Shown: positions 12,903 to 28,077, numbered from the stretch's first letter. The stretch is 64,000 bases of DNA from Octopus vulgaris (GCA_951406725.2 OX597833.1:54374001-54438000); one strand, 5' to 3'. The notes: a model not told the origin generated them from the letters alone. A program made the numbers and translations.

Positions 12903-13152
12903 GTTGAAGCAAATTTGTCATACCTTGGGAGGGTCATTTTGCCAATAATGAACACATGCATTGTTTCAATTCCACTTCTTTATTATTAGTCAACTGCTTA
13001 GTTATTTAACCAACCAACTAATTAATCGCATGCTAAGTCATTTGGTTAAATAACTAACCAATTGACTCATAATAAAGAAGTGAAATTGAGCCACGCATGT
13101 GTTTATTACTGGCAAAATGACCCTCCCAAAGTATAACAAAATTTGATTCAGC
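12903..13152. repeat. Diverged ~110-bp-arm inverted repeat
   Basis: GGGAGGGTCATTTTGCCA...TTATTTAACCAA is mirrored by TTGGTTAAATAA...TGGCAAAATGACCCTCCC. Confidence 0.85.
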
Positions 13153-13449
13153 ACATAAAGTTCAGATCAGGAACCTTGCAAACCAAATGCAAAAACAAAA
13201 GAAATTAAAAACCTTCCATCAAAATATTCCATGTTAAGTACCACATCCCAGCTTAATAATGCTTAAGTTATTCTCCTAGATTCTCTCATTTATTTTCAAA
13301 ACTAATTGAAACAGAAGCAAAATATTTCATCTGAAAGACGGTAACAAAAGAGTTATTGAAAGACATCAAGTCGGTGAATCTTTTAAAAAAAAATTATTCA
13401 ATACAAAATTTTAAAAAAAAACATAGGATTAAACAGAAAAGAAGAAGAA

Positions 13450-13501
<52 letters not shown>

Positions 13502-13508
13502 GTGGTGG

Positions 13509-13540
<32 letters not shown>

Positions 13541-14027
13541 GTGATGATGGTGAGGATGACGATGACGATGATGATGATGATGATGATGATGAGAGAGGAG
13601 GAGGAGGAGGAGGAGGGGAAAATAAAAATAGCAATAAAAATACGATTAAATCTGTTGACACAGGATAAATATACAGATTATATATTTTATTGTATATTTT
13701 ATTTTATCTCTATTTGTTTGTTTGTTTGTTTGCTTATTTGTTTGTTTATTCGGCTGGCTTCGTTATTGCTTCAATGTTTGATTTTTTTTTTTCATTATTA
13801 TACCTTTTTAGTTTTGTTTTTTGAATTTTTGAAAAAAATTTAATCTTGTAATTCTAACGGTAATTAATTCTTTTTTTTTTTTTATTTTTCTTGCATTGTT
13901 TAGCATTTTAACTTTTATTATCCACTCTAAATTTAAGCTTATTTTTTTAATTTTGTTATAGAGCATCTCACTACTTACATGTGTGTGTGTAGGGGGGGCT
14001 GTACACATTCATACATACATACATACA

Positions 14028-14061
<34 letters not shown>

Positions 14062-14066
14062 AATAT

Positions 14067-14160
<94 letters not shown>

Positions 14161-14465
14161 GTGTATATATGTATATATATATATGTATGTGTATATATGT
14201 ATATATATGTATGTATGTATGTGTGTATATATATATATATACATACACACATATACATATACTTTTATATAGATAGATAGATAGATAGATGTATAGATAG
14301 ATAGATAGACAGACAGAAAGACAGGCAGGCAGGCAGACAGACAGGCAGGCAGACAAGTAGGCTTGTAGGTAGGTAGAGAGATATGTAGACAGACAGACAG
14401 AGAGATAGATAGACACAGATAAAGTGTTAGATAGGTAGGTAGATAGATAGATAGATAGATAGATG

Positions 14466-14546
<81 letters not shown>

Positions 14547-15065
14547 GCCCGTGTCTTTCTGTTTGGCAGTGATTTTACCATTATTCTCAAATTCTCCTTC
14601 TAAGGAACCACCCAGTTATTAACCAATGTGACATTCATTCTTCAATTAAACTCCAGCAGTGAACCAATAAACGTGAGAGGATGGCACGAGTGGAATGTCC
14701 CAACGGCTTTGACTGCTCCATTGTAATATATCAGTTACCTGTGTTTATTCTTCGCAGGTCGAACCTTTAAAACTGTTTCTGATAAGCCTAAGTTTACCTA
14801 AGAGTGTGTATAATGAACGTGTACTGTTGATAGAATCCTCTCATTCAGGGAGTCACTAATAATCCCAGTTTTTGTTGTTGTTGCTTTTCGTTTTCTTAAT
14901 TAAGGACTCAGGTGTGTTGAAATTCGCATTTTTATGCGTTTTATATCAGAGTTTTATTTTCCCTCTATTCCAGAAAATTAACAATCTTGTCTTTATCTTC
15001 CGTTTCATTGCAGGTTTATTGCAACATTAAGTTTGTCTCAATATTCCTTAATTCTGGGAACAAAT

Positions 15066-15266
15066 ATGTGTGTGTGTGTTTGTGTGTGTCAGTGTGTGTG
15101 TGTGTGTGTGTCAGTGTGTGTGTGTTTGTGTGTGTGTGACCGTTTGTGTGTTTGTGTGTGTACATGTGTGTATGTCAGTGTGTGTGTTTGTCTGTGTACA
15201 TGTGTGTGTACATGTGTGTATGTCAGTGTGTGTGTGTGCTTGTGTATGTGTACATGTGTGTGTGTG

Positions 15267-15312
<46 letters not shown>

Positions 15313-15323
15313 TGTGTGTTTTT

Positions 15324-15366
<43 letters not shown>

Positions 15367-15486
15367 GTTTGTGTGTCTGTGTGTGTGTGTGTGAGTGTGT
15401 GTTTGTGTGTGATTATGTGTGTGTGTCAGTGTGTGTGTCTGTGTGTATGTATCAGTGTGTGTCAGTGTGTGTTTGTGTGTGTGTGT

Positions 15487-15525
<39 letters not shown>
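15066..15525. repeat. (TG)n-rich microsatellite
   Basis: Read directly. A similar block lies at 22020-22760. Confidence 0.95.
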
Positions 15526-15526
<1 letters not shown>

Positions 15527-15609
15527 ATTTGCATGTGCTCAGGGTGTCCCCAAAAATATGTGTACACACCATAACAGCTGGTAACTCATTTAATTTTCAT
15601 TTCACATGC

Positions 15610-16108
15610 CAGTTTCAGTGTGACACACAGAATGTGAAAAGGCAGGCCCTTCGTAATACCGGTACAACTCTTTATTGCCAGTTGAGCAGACTAGAGCAGT
15701 GGTAAATAAAGTGTCTTGCTCAAGGTTACGATGCACCACCAGGAATTGAACTCAAAACCTTATGATCGTGAATTGAATACCCTAACCACTAAGCCACAAG
15801 CCTTCTCGGTACACATACTCACACACATATACAGACACATGTAAAGAGCCCCTTCGGAAACCACTGAGTCATGAGCCATCACAGATATATAGGTTAAAGA
15901 ACCCCTTCAGTCATGAATGACCAAGGGATTGAACCTAGAAAGCTCCCCATCCAAGATACAAGTCCAGGCTAGCTTGTTTACAGAAGACCAGCAGTTGGCC
16001 ATGCATACCGGCCTTCCTGGTCCATGCCACCGATGTTATCCAAGGGAAAGGCAAAGGCCGATACAGCTTGGCACCTGTGGCGTCGCAACTCATTTCTACA
16101 GCCAAATG

Positions 16109-16139
<31 letters not shown>

Positions 16140-16149
16140 TTATATACAT

Positions 16150-16200
<51 letters not shown>

Positions 16201-16885
16201 CGGAGAGTTCACAAAAAAACAAAAGACAAAGACAGGTGGTGTACAAAACAAACAGATGTATTAGTATAACGCTCAGGAATAGAAAAAGTCTATTACATTT
16301 CGAGCCTACGCACTTCCACAGAAAGGGACACAGAAAAAACAAGGAAAAAAACAAAGGTTTAGGTCCCCTGTAGTGATAAATAACCATGGGATTGCTCCTA
16401 GAGAGTTACCCTCCAAGGCACAATTCCAGGCAAAGTTGTTTACAGAAGACCAACAGTTGCCCATGCATACCAGTGTTCCCGGTTCATGCCACTGATGTTA
16501 TCCAAGGGAACGGCAAAGGGGCCGATACAGCTTGGCACCAGTGACGTCATGGCTCATTTCTACAGCTGAGTGGAACTGGAGCAACATGAAATAAAATTTT
16601 GTAAAATAAAATTTTTTTGCTTTTTTTTTTAAAACCAGGTTCAATTTTCCAAAGTAGATCCTTAATGAATGCCAAAACTTAATGAACAAAGTTATTTATG
16701 TTTACTAGAAAAAGGACTTGGGGGAAGGACGGGATGAGAGTGGCTGAAAAGTGGAGATGAAATGAGAAAAAAAAAAAAAGTCGGATGCAGGATTCCTAAC
16801 ACAACACACGGCCCAGTCCTGGAATCGAACTCACTAACTCATGATCATAAGCCCGACACTCTAACCACTGAGCTATGTACCTTGA
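15610..16885 (-). mobile_element. Cluster of SINE family D fragments
   Basis: Pieces at about 15610-15805, 15895-16085, 16365-16600 and 16795-16885 match 31802-32138 in reverse. Confidence 0.75.
16201..16355 (-). mobile_element. HHR-like short element, family P (decayed copy)
   Basis: Reverse complement of 25838-26007, with the HHR-like motif at 16290-16325. Confidence 0.8.
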
Positions 16886-17120
16886 TAGACATATGTACAC
16901 ATATATATATAGACAGGTACACCCATCTATAAATATCAGCAAAGGTTCAATAAATTGTTTTCGAAGACTTTCACCTTTGCAAGTTTAGTGGAAACACTCA
17001 CCTTCTGCAAATTGCTTCGAGTTAAATTTGAAGTTATGTGAGGAAATCCTTAGGCATGACAGTTTCGAAATTATGAAATTGCTTTCATGCCCTGAAACAC
17101 AAAATTGCTCATATACACTA

Positions 17121-17181
<61 letters not shown>

Positions 17182-17205
17182 ATCTGTGTCTATCTCTCTC
17201 TCTCG

Positions 17206-17240
<35 letters not shown>

Positions 17241-17525
17241 CACACACACATATATATACATATATATATATACATATGTATATACATACATATACATACA
17301 TACATATATATACATGTATATACATATGTATGTTTAGGTATATATACATATATGTATATGTATATATATGCACATATATGTATATATATGTATATATATA
17401 TATATATACCCATACGTATTATAAGCAACAGAAGCAGTATTGTCGTGATATTTATTTATGTGTGTGTGTGTGTGTGTGTACGCACGTACAATTATATATA
17501 TATACATATATATATATATACATAC

Positions 17526-17559
<34 letters not shown>

Positions 17560-17560
17560 A

Positions 17561-17603
<43 letters not shown>

Positions 17604-18599
17604 GTACATGCACACACATACATATGCATAAATATATATATGTATTTATTCATATATATATATACACATTCATATATGTATGTATGCATGTATGTATATT
17701 GAACTCCGCAAATCACTCTGTTTTCTTATTTTCCTTTTTATTATCTGATAGCATAAATTCAGTGGAGTACCTTCCATACAATGTTCCCAGGGTTTTCTAC
17801 ATCCTTACAATAAAACCTATAACTCCGTTGGCTATTTCCATGTAATGTTTACTTTATTTTGCCTCAGAACAAAATTAATATCAAATTTATGGTAACCGAA
17901 AATACAAAACTGAAACTATGGTAGCCTGTTGGAATCAGAAATCTCACTACACTTGTCAGGCAGAAGTTAAGCAGCCTTGCATTTTGTCAGTTCTGATGTG
18001 GGCTACAATCTGTTGAAATTAATATAAACTCTGTTCACATGGTACTAGTATTTGACCAGTACTCTGTATTATCCAACCTTGGAAGGATAAAATGCTAAGC
18101 TGACCTTAGCAGGATTTGAAATCAGAATGTAAGGGACCAATAACTAAGGCAATTTTATCCTGAGCCAATGCTTTGACCATTCTGCCAATCCATAAAGTAG
18201 TCTTGAATTGTGGGTAAAAGAAGAAAGGTTAGTTCCATAGAACTTTCAGATTGTCATCGTCGTCATCATCACCATCATCATGACCATCATCATCGTCGTC
18301 GTCATCATCATCATCACTATCATCATCATCATCATATCCCCATCACCTTTATCATCATCATCATTGTCATCGTCGTCGTCATCGTTATCATCATCACCAC
18401 CGTCATCGTCATCATCATCATCATTATCCCTGTCACCTTCATCATTGTTGTCCTCGTCATCATCATCATCATCACAGTCAAAATCGTCATCGTCATCGTC
18501 GTCATCATCATCAGATCATCATCATTATCACTGGTGTCATCATCATGACAGGGAGACAAACATGTACACAAACACACCACACACTATTGGACTTTCAAG

Positions 18600-19063
18600 G
18601 ATCTATCGATAGGATGAATTTGATCAGATAAAATGCTTAAATAGTCTTGACCATTAATTCTGCCATGTCTATCGGACTTTCAAAGAGGTCAAATTGCTGG
18701 TGCTCACATGGCAGGTACTAGTGTAATGCAAACAGCCAAAATGTTTAGTGTATCAAGAAGTACTGTCTCGAAAGTAATGACAGCCTTTGAGAAAGTTCCC
18801 AGATCTCAATATTATTGAACATTTATGGTGCATTTTAGAAAAACAAGTAAGGAGTTGATATCTTCCACCATCATCACTACAAGAACTGGAGACTGTTTTA
18901 GCTGAAGAATGGACAAAAATTTCTTTGGAAACAATTCATACTTTGTACGGGTCGATACCTTGTAGAATTCAAGGTGTAAATAATGCCAAAGGTGATCCTA
19001 GCCCATGTTAAAATGAATTTGCTTGAAATGTTAAGGTGTTTCCGTTGTTTTATCCGACCCCTA
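18600..19063 (+). mobile_element. Internally deleted Tc1-type transposon
   Basis: LSDFQRGQIAGAHMAG..SVSRSTVSKV (HTH) is joined directly to PDLNIIEHLW..ELETVLAEEW..SIPCRI..AKG. TIR-like end near 19035-19063. Confidence 0.85.
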
Positions 19064-19439
19064 TGTGTGTGTATATATCTATATCTATATATATATATAT
19101 ATATATATATATAGCAGGCTTCCTTCAGTTTCCATCTGCAAAATCTTCCTAGAAGGTTTTCATGAACCTGAAGCTATAGCAGAAGACTCTTGACCAAGAT
19201 ATCATGCTATGAGATTGAACATAATAGCTTGTGGTTGAGAAGTCAACTTCTTAACCATACAGCCATTTCAGCAGTCACTACTTCTCACAGAATGAGTGAG
19301 GAATCGGGGTGGAAAATGCAGTTAGAGAGAAAATAATATAATATAATATAATATAATACTGGAATCAGTCAATAAATATATATAAAACTAAGAATTAAGA
19401 AATGAAATCGTTTGAAAATTTGTTCATTATGTATGTATA

Positions 19440-19506
<67 letters not shown>

Positions 19507-19580
19507 TTATATATATATACATATGTATATATACATATATATATATATACATATGTATATATACATATATATATATATAC

Positions 19581-19694
<114 letters not shown>

Positions 19695-20395
19695 ATATAT
19701 ATATACACATATATATTATATATATAAGTGTTATTTCATTGTATCACACTTCCAGAATTAATAGAAACAATTTAATAAACAGCAACACTAGAGTTCGTTT
19801 TTAGAGTTTTGTTTGTTTGTTTGTTTGTGTTTGTTTTTTTTCCTTCTTTTTCTTTTCTTTTCTTTTCTTTCTCGTTATGAAGTTTTACAACAGCTAAAAT
19901 AGATAAATTAGCTAATACTCAGGTCCACAAGTTCAAGTTCCATAACTTATATTAACATAGATCGCTCTAAACAAGTTAATTAACTCCACTTGCCTTTGAA
20001 AGTAATTTCAAACAACATCAGTGTTATTAATATATATATGAACAGATGGAGTTTGATTATCTGTGTATATAATTGTGTTGGAAGCTGCATGGATAATGTA
20101 GCAGGCATTGGCCTTCGTTACTTTACAGTATATCGCTTGCTGAGAGAGGATGCGAGCAGAAGCATGGCGAGAAAGTGTTAAATTGTTAGTTTATTAGCCG
20201 AGTGGTTCTGGGTTCGATTCCATTGTGTGAATGCGTGGCACATTAGGCCAGTTGTCTTCTAATATAGTCCTGAAGTTGGCCAGTATCTTGTAAGTGGGAT
20301 GTAGGTTTTTTTTTTATTTTTTATTTTTATTAATTTTATTTGAATTAAATTATGGCTTGCACAGTAGGGTCCGGCGAACCTATTTACACATTTTA

Positions 20396-20627
20396 AGGCG
20401 GCGAGCTGGCAGAAACGTTAGCGCGCAGGGTGAAATGCTTAGCGGTATTTCGTCTGTCGTTACGTTCTGAGTTCGAATTCCGCTGAGGTTGACTTTGTCT
20501 TTCATCCTTTCGGGGTCGATAAATAAAGTACCAGTTTCGCACTGGGGTCGATGTAATCGACTTAATCCCTTTGTCTGTCCTTGTTTGTCCCCTCTATGTT
20601 TAGCCCCTTGTGGGTAGTAAAGAAATA
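20396..20627 (+). mobile_element. SINE family B, full length
   Basis: GGCGAGCTGGCAGAAACGTTAG head, B box GTTCGAATTCC and Meta-like core. A 5'-truncated near-identical copy lies at 26943-27126. Confidence 0.9.
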
Positions 20628-20932
20628 TATTTACACATATACATACTTATATGTTAAAATTGAAATATAATATTCAGTATCGAACTATGATAAAGTTATT
20701 TAGAGGCCTGATGATTGGGGTTACATTTTAAGAAAGGTTCCTGTAAAACACTGCGTGCTTAAGGAACTGTAAAAGAACCTCAAGAAACACGTGTAGCAGA
20801 GAAATGAGTAGTAAGTATTGAATTAAATTAAAATTCTTTTATAGGGGTGTGATGAAGGGGACTACTATCTCTAAATAACATATATATTTCCTCATTGAGA
20901 ATAATTTGAACCTCTGTGATGCGGGAATATAC

Positions 20933-20995
<63 letters not shown>

Positions 20996-21019
20996 TATGT
21001 ATATATATATATATATATA

Positions 21020-21067
<48 letters not shown>

Positions 21068-21441
21068 ATGGGCTTCTTTCAGTTTCCATCTACCAAATTC
21101 ACTCACAAAGCTTGGTTGGCCCAAGGCTACAGAAGAAGATGCTTGCCCAAGGTGCCACACAGTGCGACCGAACCTGGAACCATGTGGTTGTGAAGCAAGC
21201 TTCTTACCACACGGCCACTCCTGCGTGTGTGTCTGTGTTTGTTCACCTATCGCCACTTGACAACCAGTGTTGCTGCGTTTATGTCCCCCATAACTTAGCG
21301 GTTCAACAAAAGAGACTGATAGAATAATACTAGGCTTACAAAGAATAAGTGCTGGAATCGATTTATTTGACTAAAACCCCTTACAGGGGCGCTCCAGCAT
21401 CGCTGCAGTGAAATGATTGGAATGAGTAAAAGAATAAAAGA

Positions 21442-21498
<57 letters not shown>

Positions 21499-21738
21499 TG
21501 TGTATGTCTGCATGTGTGTGTGTTTGTGACTGTGTTTGTCCCCATCACCACTTGACAACCAGTGGTAATGTATTTACATCCCCATAACTTAGCAGTTTAG
21601 CAAAAGAGACTGATAGAATAAGCATGACACTTTAAAAAAAAAATTAAGTTCTAGGCTTGATTCATTTGGCTAAAATTCTTCAAGGTGGTGCCCCAGCATG
21701 GCCACAGTCTAATGACTGAAGCAAGTAAAAGATAAAGG
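21068..21738. mobile_element. Rearranged SINE family A pieces
   Basis: Inverted head 21068-21222 abuts a forward tail 21225-21442. A second tail lies at 21530-21738. Confidence 0.8.
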
Positions 21739-22036
21739 ACGTATGTTTTCTTATGTAAATGTGTGTATATACAAATGTTTACATTCAGTAACATCGAATT
21801 ACTCAAGCAAAATCTGTGATGATGCTACATTGACATTCCCTGTCAACAAATCACTGCATGGCTCTGTGCTTTCAAAGACAAGGAGAATAAAAATCCAATC
21901 CTTTATCTGGAGAAGTGTTAGTAACTGGAAGAGCATCCAGCCGTGAAATAATGCTTCAATATTAAGTCTTCGTGTAATCTATGTCAGCTTCAGAATCTCA
22001 TACTAAAGGAATGAGCAAATTGTGTGTTTGTTTGTT

Positions 22037-22096
<60 letters not shown>

Positions 22097-22460
22097 CGTG
22101 TGTGGGCTTGCTTGTGTGACTGCATGTACACTTCTGTGTCAGCATGTGTGTGGATGTGTGCATGCATGCGTATGCATATGTGCCTGCTTGCATGTATGTG
22201 TATGCGTGTCTGCATGTGTGTGTCTGTAAGTATTAATGTATTTGTGTGTGTGTGCATATGGGTGTGTGTGTATGTGCACGTGTGTGTGTATTTGTGTGTG
22301 TGTATGTAAGTATTAATGTATTTGTGTGTTTGCATATGTGTGTGTATGTGCACGTTTGTGTGTGTACATGTGTGTGCATGTGTATGTGCCTGCATGTATG
22401 TGTGTGTATGTGTGTGTATATAAATATGTATATATTTGTATGTCTGCATATGTGTATCTT

Positions 22461-22491
<31 letters not shown>

Positions 22492-23366
22492 CTACGGGCT
22501 TGTATGCCTGCATGTGTGTGTGAATGTGCCTGTGTGTCTGTATATTTGTATGTATGTAAGTGTAAGTGTATTTGTAAGTCTGAATGTGTTTGTCCTTGTA
22601 TGTGTAGGTGTATGTGTGTTTGTTTGCATGTCTGCAGATGTGTATGTGTGTCTTTATGTGTCTTTGCATGCCATTGTGTATGTGTATGTGTGTAGTCGTG
22701 TAATTGTGTGTGTGTGTGCATGTATTTAACTGTGTGTGTATTTGTATGTCTACACGTATGCTTCAGCATGTGTTTATCTTACACCATTAAACATCAACAA
22801 AAAATGTAAAGAGCAGTGAGAAAATTGTAAAACAAACAAACAACAACAACAACAACAACAAAAATTAAGGAAAAAAAGATCAAACAACGGTGTTTTACCC
22901 TCAAAGTCCCTTGAGATGTTATTTCTGCATCGATTTAGACACTCCCTTGTTTCCTTCACCAGCAGAAAGGCTGCAAAACCCACAGCCAACAGTACTATTA
23001 TTCACAAACCCCAATATAAAATAAAACAATACGGAATGAAATAAAATAAAATAAAATAAAACGATAATAGACAAAATACAAAACAGCCAAGGTATGAACT
23101 TAAAAGAGCGAGGGCACAAATTCAATCACAGCATCACTTCGTACTTTGATAAGTATGAGGATTTGATTATTAGGAAGCCAGGCTTTTCGCTGTGAAGTTA
23201 CAGATTAAAAAAGCTTTTGATAAGTGAGATATGGCTCAGCAGAGTAAAATAGGTAATTCCATTCGTCTCATTCCAATTTAGTTGAAAATATTTTGCCAAA
23301 TTACTGCAAACATTGGTGAATGGTAAAGTGTAGAATAGTAGTGTAAATTATTTTCTTGTATATATG

Positions 23367-23420
<54 letters not shown>

Positions 23421-23500
23421 GAAATTTACAGAAAAACAAAAGATGAAGATAGGTGTATAAACAACAATCAGGTATATTAGTTTGACACTCGAGAAGGTCA

Positions 23501-23655
<155 letters not shown>

Positions 23656-23878
23656 CAATAATAAATCTCTGAACGAGGTATAAACAGTAGCTGCACGACA
23701 ATGTGAAGTATATTTATCATCTAAATGTGGCTAACCACTAAGGGTGGATGCTACTGTAGCTTGTAGCCCCAGGAGAACATCTCCAGCTGGCTATTGACAC
23801 ACTTTCTGTGCCCTATCGGTATTTGCAAAGGGAAGCCATCCTTCCCATCGTCGACCTGACGTGATATGTCCGGACCCA

Positions 23879-23931
<53 letters not shown>

Positions 23932-23959
23932 AAAGCTAAGTAATAATGGTAACAATAAT

Positions 23960-24486
23960 TTTGGCATCGGGGCTATTTAATCTGAGTCAGCCTAGGAATA
24001 AACAAACAAGAAGAAGAACAACAACAACACCATCAATCATAGTTCTGCTTCATTATACTTGTTCTGGGGCTAAATGGCAAAATTCTTGGTCATAGTTCTG
24101 TTTGATCAGAACTGATTTGGTGGATGGTTGGGTGGGGGTGGGGGGTGGGGTGGGGGTAAAAGCTTCCTTCCTCTTATGTTTACTTGAGGTGACCTGTGGT
24201 TAAACTGCATCAACAGCAACGACAGTGCTTTTGATCGTAGGTCTTCTTGGTCAGACTTGACCCGAGGCTAGACAACAACATCATCATCATCATCATCATC
24301 AACAACAACATCACCATCGACAACAACAATAACAACAATAACAACAACAACAAGTGCCTTCGATCAAAGAGCTCTATCAATCATAATTGACTCGAGGTTA
24401 AACAACAACAACAGCCACAGCCACAGCACTTTTGATCATAGGTCTTCTTCTCGATCAGTCTTGACCTGGGGCTAAATAACAGCAGC

Positions 24487-24517
<31 letters not shown>

Positions 24518-24664
24518 GCAACAGCAACAACAACAGCACCAAGTACCTTTGATCATAGATCTCTATCAATCGCAATTGACTTGAGGTCAAACAACAACAA
24601 CAACAACAAAATCGCCGCCTTTGATGATAAGTTTGTTGCCAACACAATTGACCTGGGGCTAAAC

Positions 24665-24665
<1 letters not shown>
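23960..24665 (+). repeat. Array of ~50-bp modules separated by (CAA)n tracts
   Basis: At least five modules CTTTGATCATAG...TTGACYTGRGGYTAAAC at about 24228, 24358, 24428, 24547 and 24619, with weaker ones upstream. Confidence 0.8.
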
Positions 24666-24709
<44 letters not shown>

Positions 24710-24918
24710 GCAACAGCAGCAACAACAACAGCAACAGCAGCAACAACAACAGCAACAACAAATATCACCACCACCACCACCACCACCACCGCTACCACCG
24801 CCACAGCCACCACCAGCAATAACAACAAACCAGCCGATGTAGACATTTTCTTTATAAGATTACATAGCAATGCTTTAACTTAAATAGATCCACTTAAATG
24901 CAGCTAAAATAAAATAAA

Positions 24919-24949
<31 letters not shown>

Positions 24950-25590
24950 GTACGAAGCATATGTAAAAAGATACAATAAAAGGGGGGGAATTACGGAAAG
25001 AACCAATAAAATAGAAGGAACTCGGTAAATGTGCATAAAAATTGATTTTCATTGGTTCGTTCGCAGTTAATTTGCAAAACAGCACACTTTTGTCACGCTG
25101 AAATAAGATATAAGTCACTTTAGCAAAGACCAACCAAAGCAGTAGAGAAGCATTAATTTATCTCAGCAGGAACTGGCAAAATGCAGGAATTAGGGGTTTA
25201 TTGAGTAAAACATGCTATTAAGCAGCTTAAGTTATACTCATAAAATAATTTTGCTGTTTTCCATTTTGGCCATTTTTTGGTATTTTTTTTTTCTTACTTT
25301 ATCTTATATTTTTTATTTTTTTATTTTTACTTCTTCTCCAACTTTTCTCTAATATGTTTATTCCACTTCAGCTTTTCGGTAATTCGACTTGCTTCTTTTT
25401 CTGGAAATATTGTTACTGCTAGCACAGCATTGTTACTGTATTGGCAGTAACTAGTCATAAAATGCTATTTTAACTTTTCTCTTGCATACACATTCTCTTC
25501 ACTGTTACTGGCTGATAGTTTAGCCAGATCTTCATATTTCATAAGTAAGTGTATGCCAGGTCTGAATGTGCATGAACAAGATATATACTT

Positions 25591-25762
25591 TGCCACTACA
25601 CACATTTTTTTCTCTCCTTGTGTTTTCTGTGTCCCTTTCTGTAGAAGAGCATAGGCTCGAAACGTAAAAGACTTTTCTATTCCTGAGCGTTATACTAATA
25701 CATCTGTTTGTTTTGTACACCACCTGTCTTCGTCTTTTGTTTTTCTCATGAACTCTCCCTCC

Positions 25763-25830
<68 letters not shown>

Positions 25831-26007
25831 GTATATGGCCATGATAGATCGTTAGCCACTACACACATTTTTTTCTCTCCTTGTTTTTTCTGTGTCCCTT
25901 TCTGTAGAAGAGCGTAGGCTCGAAATGTAAAAGACTTTTTATATTCCTGAGCATTATACTAATACATCTGTTTGTTTTGTACACCACCTGTCTTCGTCTT
26001 TTGTTTT
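25591..26007 (+). mobile_element. Two tandem copies of HHR-like element family P
   Basis: 25591-25760 and 25838-26007, separated by (CT)n(AT)n. Each has CTTT-CTGTAGA-A-GAGC(loop)GCTC-GAAA-YGTA^AAAG. Confidence 0.85.
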
Positions 26008-26041
26008 TTTTTTGTAAACTTTCCCCATATATATACAGACA

Positions 26042-26356
26042 TGTGGAAACACAATGGCCCAGTGGTTAGGGCAGCGGACTCACGGTTGTAGGTTCGCGAT
26101 TTTGATTCTCAGACCGGGCGTTGTGAGTGTTTATTGAGCAAAAACACCTAAAAGCTCCACGAAGCTCCAGCAGGGTTTAGTGGTGATCCCTGCTGTACTC
26201 TTTCGTCTAAACTTTCTCTCACTCTTTCTTCTGTTGGCATGCTCACTTAGCCAGCGGGGTGGCGTCACTTGAAGACTAAAACAATGCAAAGCGCATTGTG
26301 ACAAGCGATGTGTAGCAACATCTGATAACCTGGTCAGTCACAGTGATCACAGTGAT
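26042..26356 (+). mobile_element. SINE family C, tail type 2
   Basis: Same head as 5337 but a different tail, shared with 29884-30186 (-). Confidence 0.85.
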
Positions 26357-26815
26357 ATATACAGACATGGAATGTGTGGTTAAGAAGCTTACTTTGCAAG
26401 TATGTGGTGTTGTTAGGTTCAATCCCACCATACAGTACATTGAACAAGTGTTTTCCACTTCTGCCTTATAAATGAATTCAGCAGCTAGAAACTGTGTGGA
26501 AGCCCTATTTCACACACATATATATATATATATTTATTTATTTATATATATATGTTTTCTTTTTACTTGTTTCAATCATTTGATTGTGGCCATGCTGGAA
26601 CACTGCCTTAAAGGGTTTTTTTTTTAAATCAAAGAAATCCACCCCAGGGCTTATTCTTTGTAAGCTTAATACTTATTCTATCAATTGCTTTTGCTGAACC
26701 ACTAAGTTACAAGGATGTAAACATGCCAACATTGGTTGTCAAGCAATGGTGGGGGGGACAAACATAGACACAAAGACACACACATATAAACATATATACA
26801 TGCATACACACAAAC

Positions 26816-26856
<41 letters not shown>

Positions 26857-26901
26857 TATGAGTGTTGTGTGCATGAATGCATATGTGTGTACGTGAGTGT
26901 G

Positions 26902-26942
<41 letters not shown>

Positions 26943-27970
26943 CCGTATTTCATCTGTCGTTATGTTCCGAGTTCAAATTCCGCCGAGGTTGACTTTGCCT
27001 TTCATCCTTTCGGGGTCGATAAATAAAGTACCAGTTTCGCACTGGGGTCGATGTAATCGACTTAATCCCTTTGTCTGTCCTTGTTTGTCCCCTCTGTGTT
27101 TAGCCCCTTGTGGGTAGTAAAGAAATATATATATATATGTATGTTCATTCATATACATACATATATATATACACACATATATATATATACCTGTATATAC
27201 ATATACATACACACACAACAAATATATAGATATGCACATACACACACACACACACATATATACAGAATATATATACAGATCATCATATATTGAAGATAGC
27301 TTCCTGAAATCTTGTGACACAGAGCACACCACTCTTCATTTTGTTTGCGCCACTCTTAAATCTGCAGTTGAGTGGAGATGATAATGAGGTTATCCACTTT
27401 TTATTATCTGCTCCTGCCAAATAAATAAATAAATAAATAAATAAATAAGTAAACAAACAAATAAGTAAAAGTTTCGGAAAGCCACTCACTTAAGTAAAAT
27501 ACATGTTAAGAAAATATCAATGAAATATTTCTGCTAATGGAACATTTGTATAACGAGTCTATGACAATGTAAGTTCTTGGGAAGCTGAGCGTGCGATTTG
27601 GTTGGAATTCCTCCTTTTCAGAAATCATTCCTTTGCGCATGTGTTGTTAATATACTTGAGAAAGGCATTAATGTCATCACCCCAGCACCATTTTGTCGTC
27701 GTCTCCTACCCACCACCTCTGTAAATCTGAAGCCCGTAGCTGCAGATAGAAATGAAATCATTTGCATATTTTCGGTGTTGTAAAAAAGCTTTAACGAGGA
27801 ACACAGTTTTAAGCAAAGTAGAAAGCTGTTTTGATGTATCCGTGTGTGTGTATGTATATATATACATATTGGTGTGTTTATATATATATATATATAAACA
27901 CACACACATACATACATGCATATGTATATATGTATGTGTGTGTATATCTATATATATACTACTTTCTCTG

Positions 27971-28057
<87 letters not shown>

Positions 28058-28077
28058 TGTTATATATTGCTGGTCAG

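Noticed and set aside
20704-20745. CTGATGA...GAAA hammerhead candidate
   Set aside because: No stem II and no valid NUH/stem I pairing.
24228-24665. CRISPR-like repeat/spacer appearance
   Set aside because: Repeats are diverged, spacers are (CAA)n, the context is eukaryotic and there are no cas genes.
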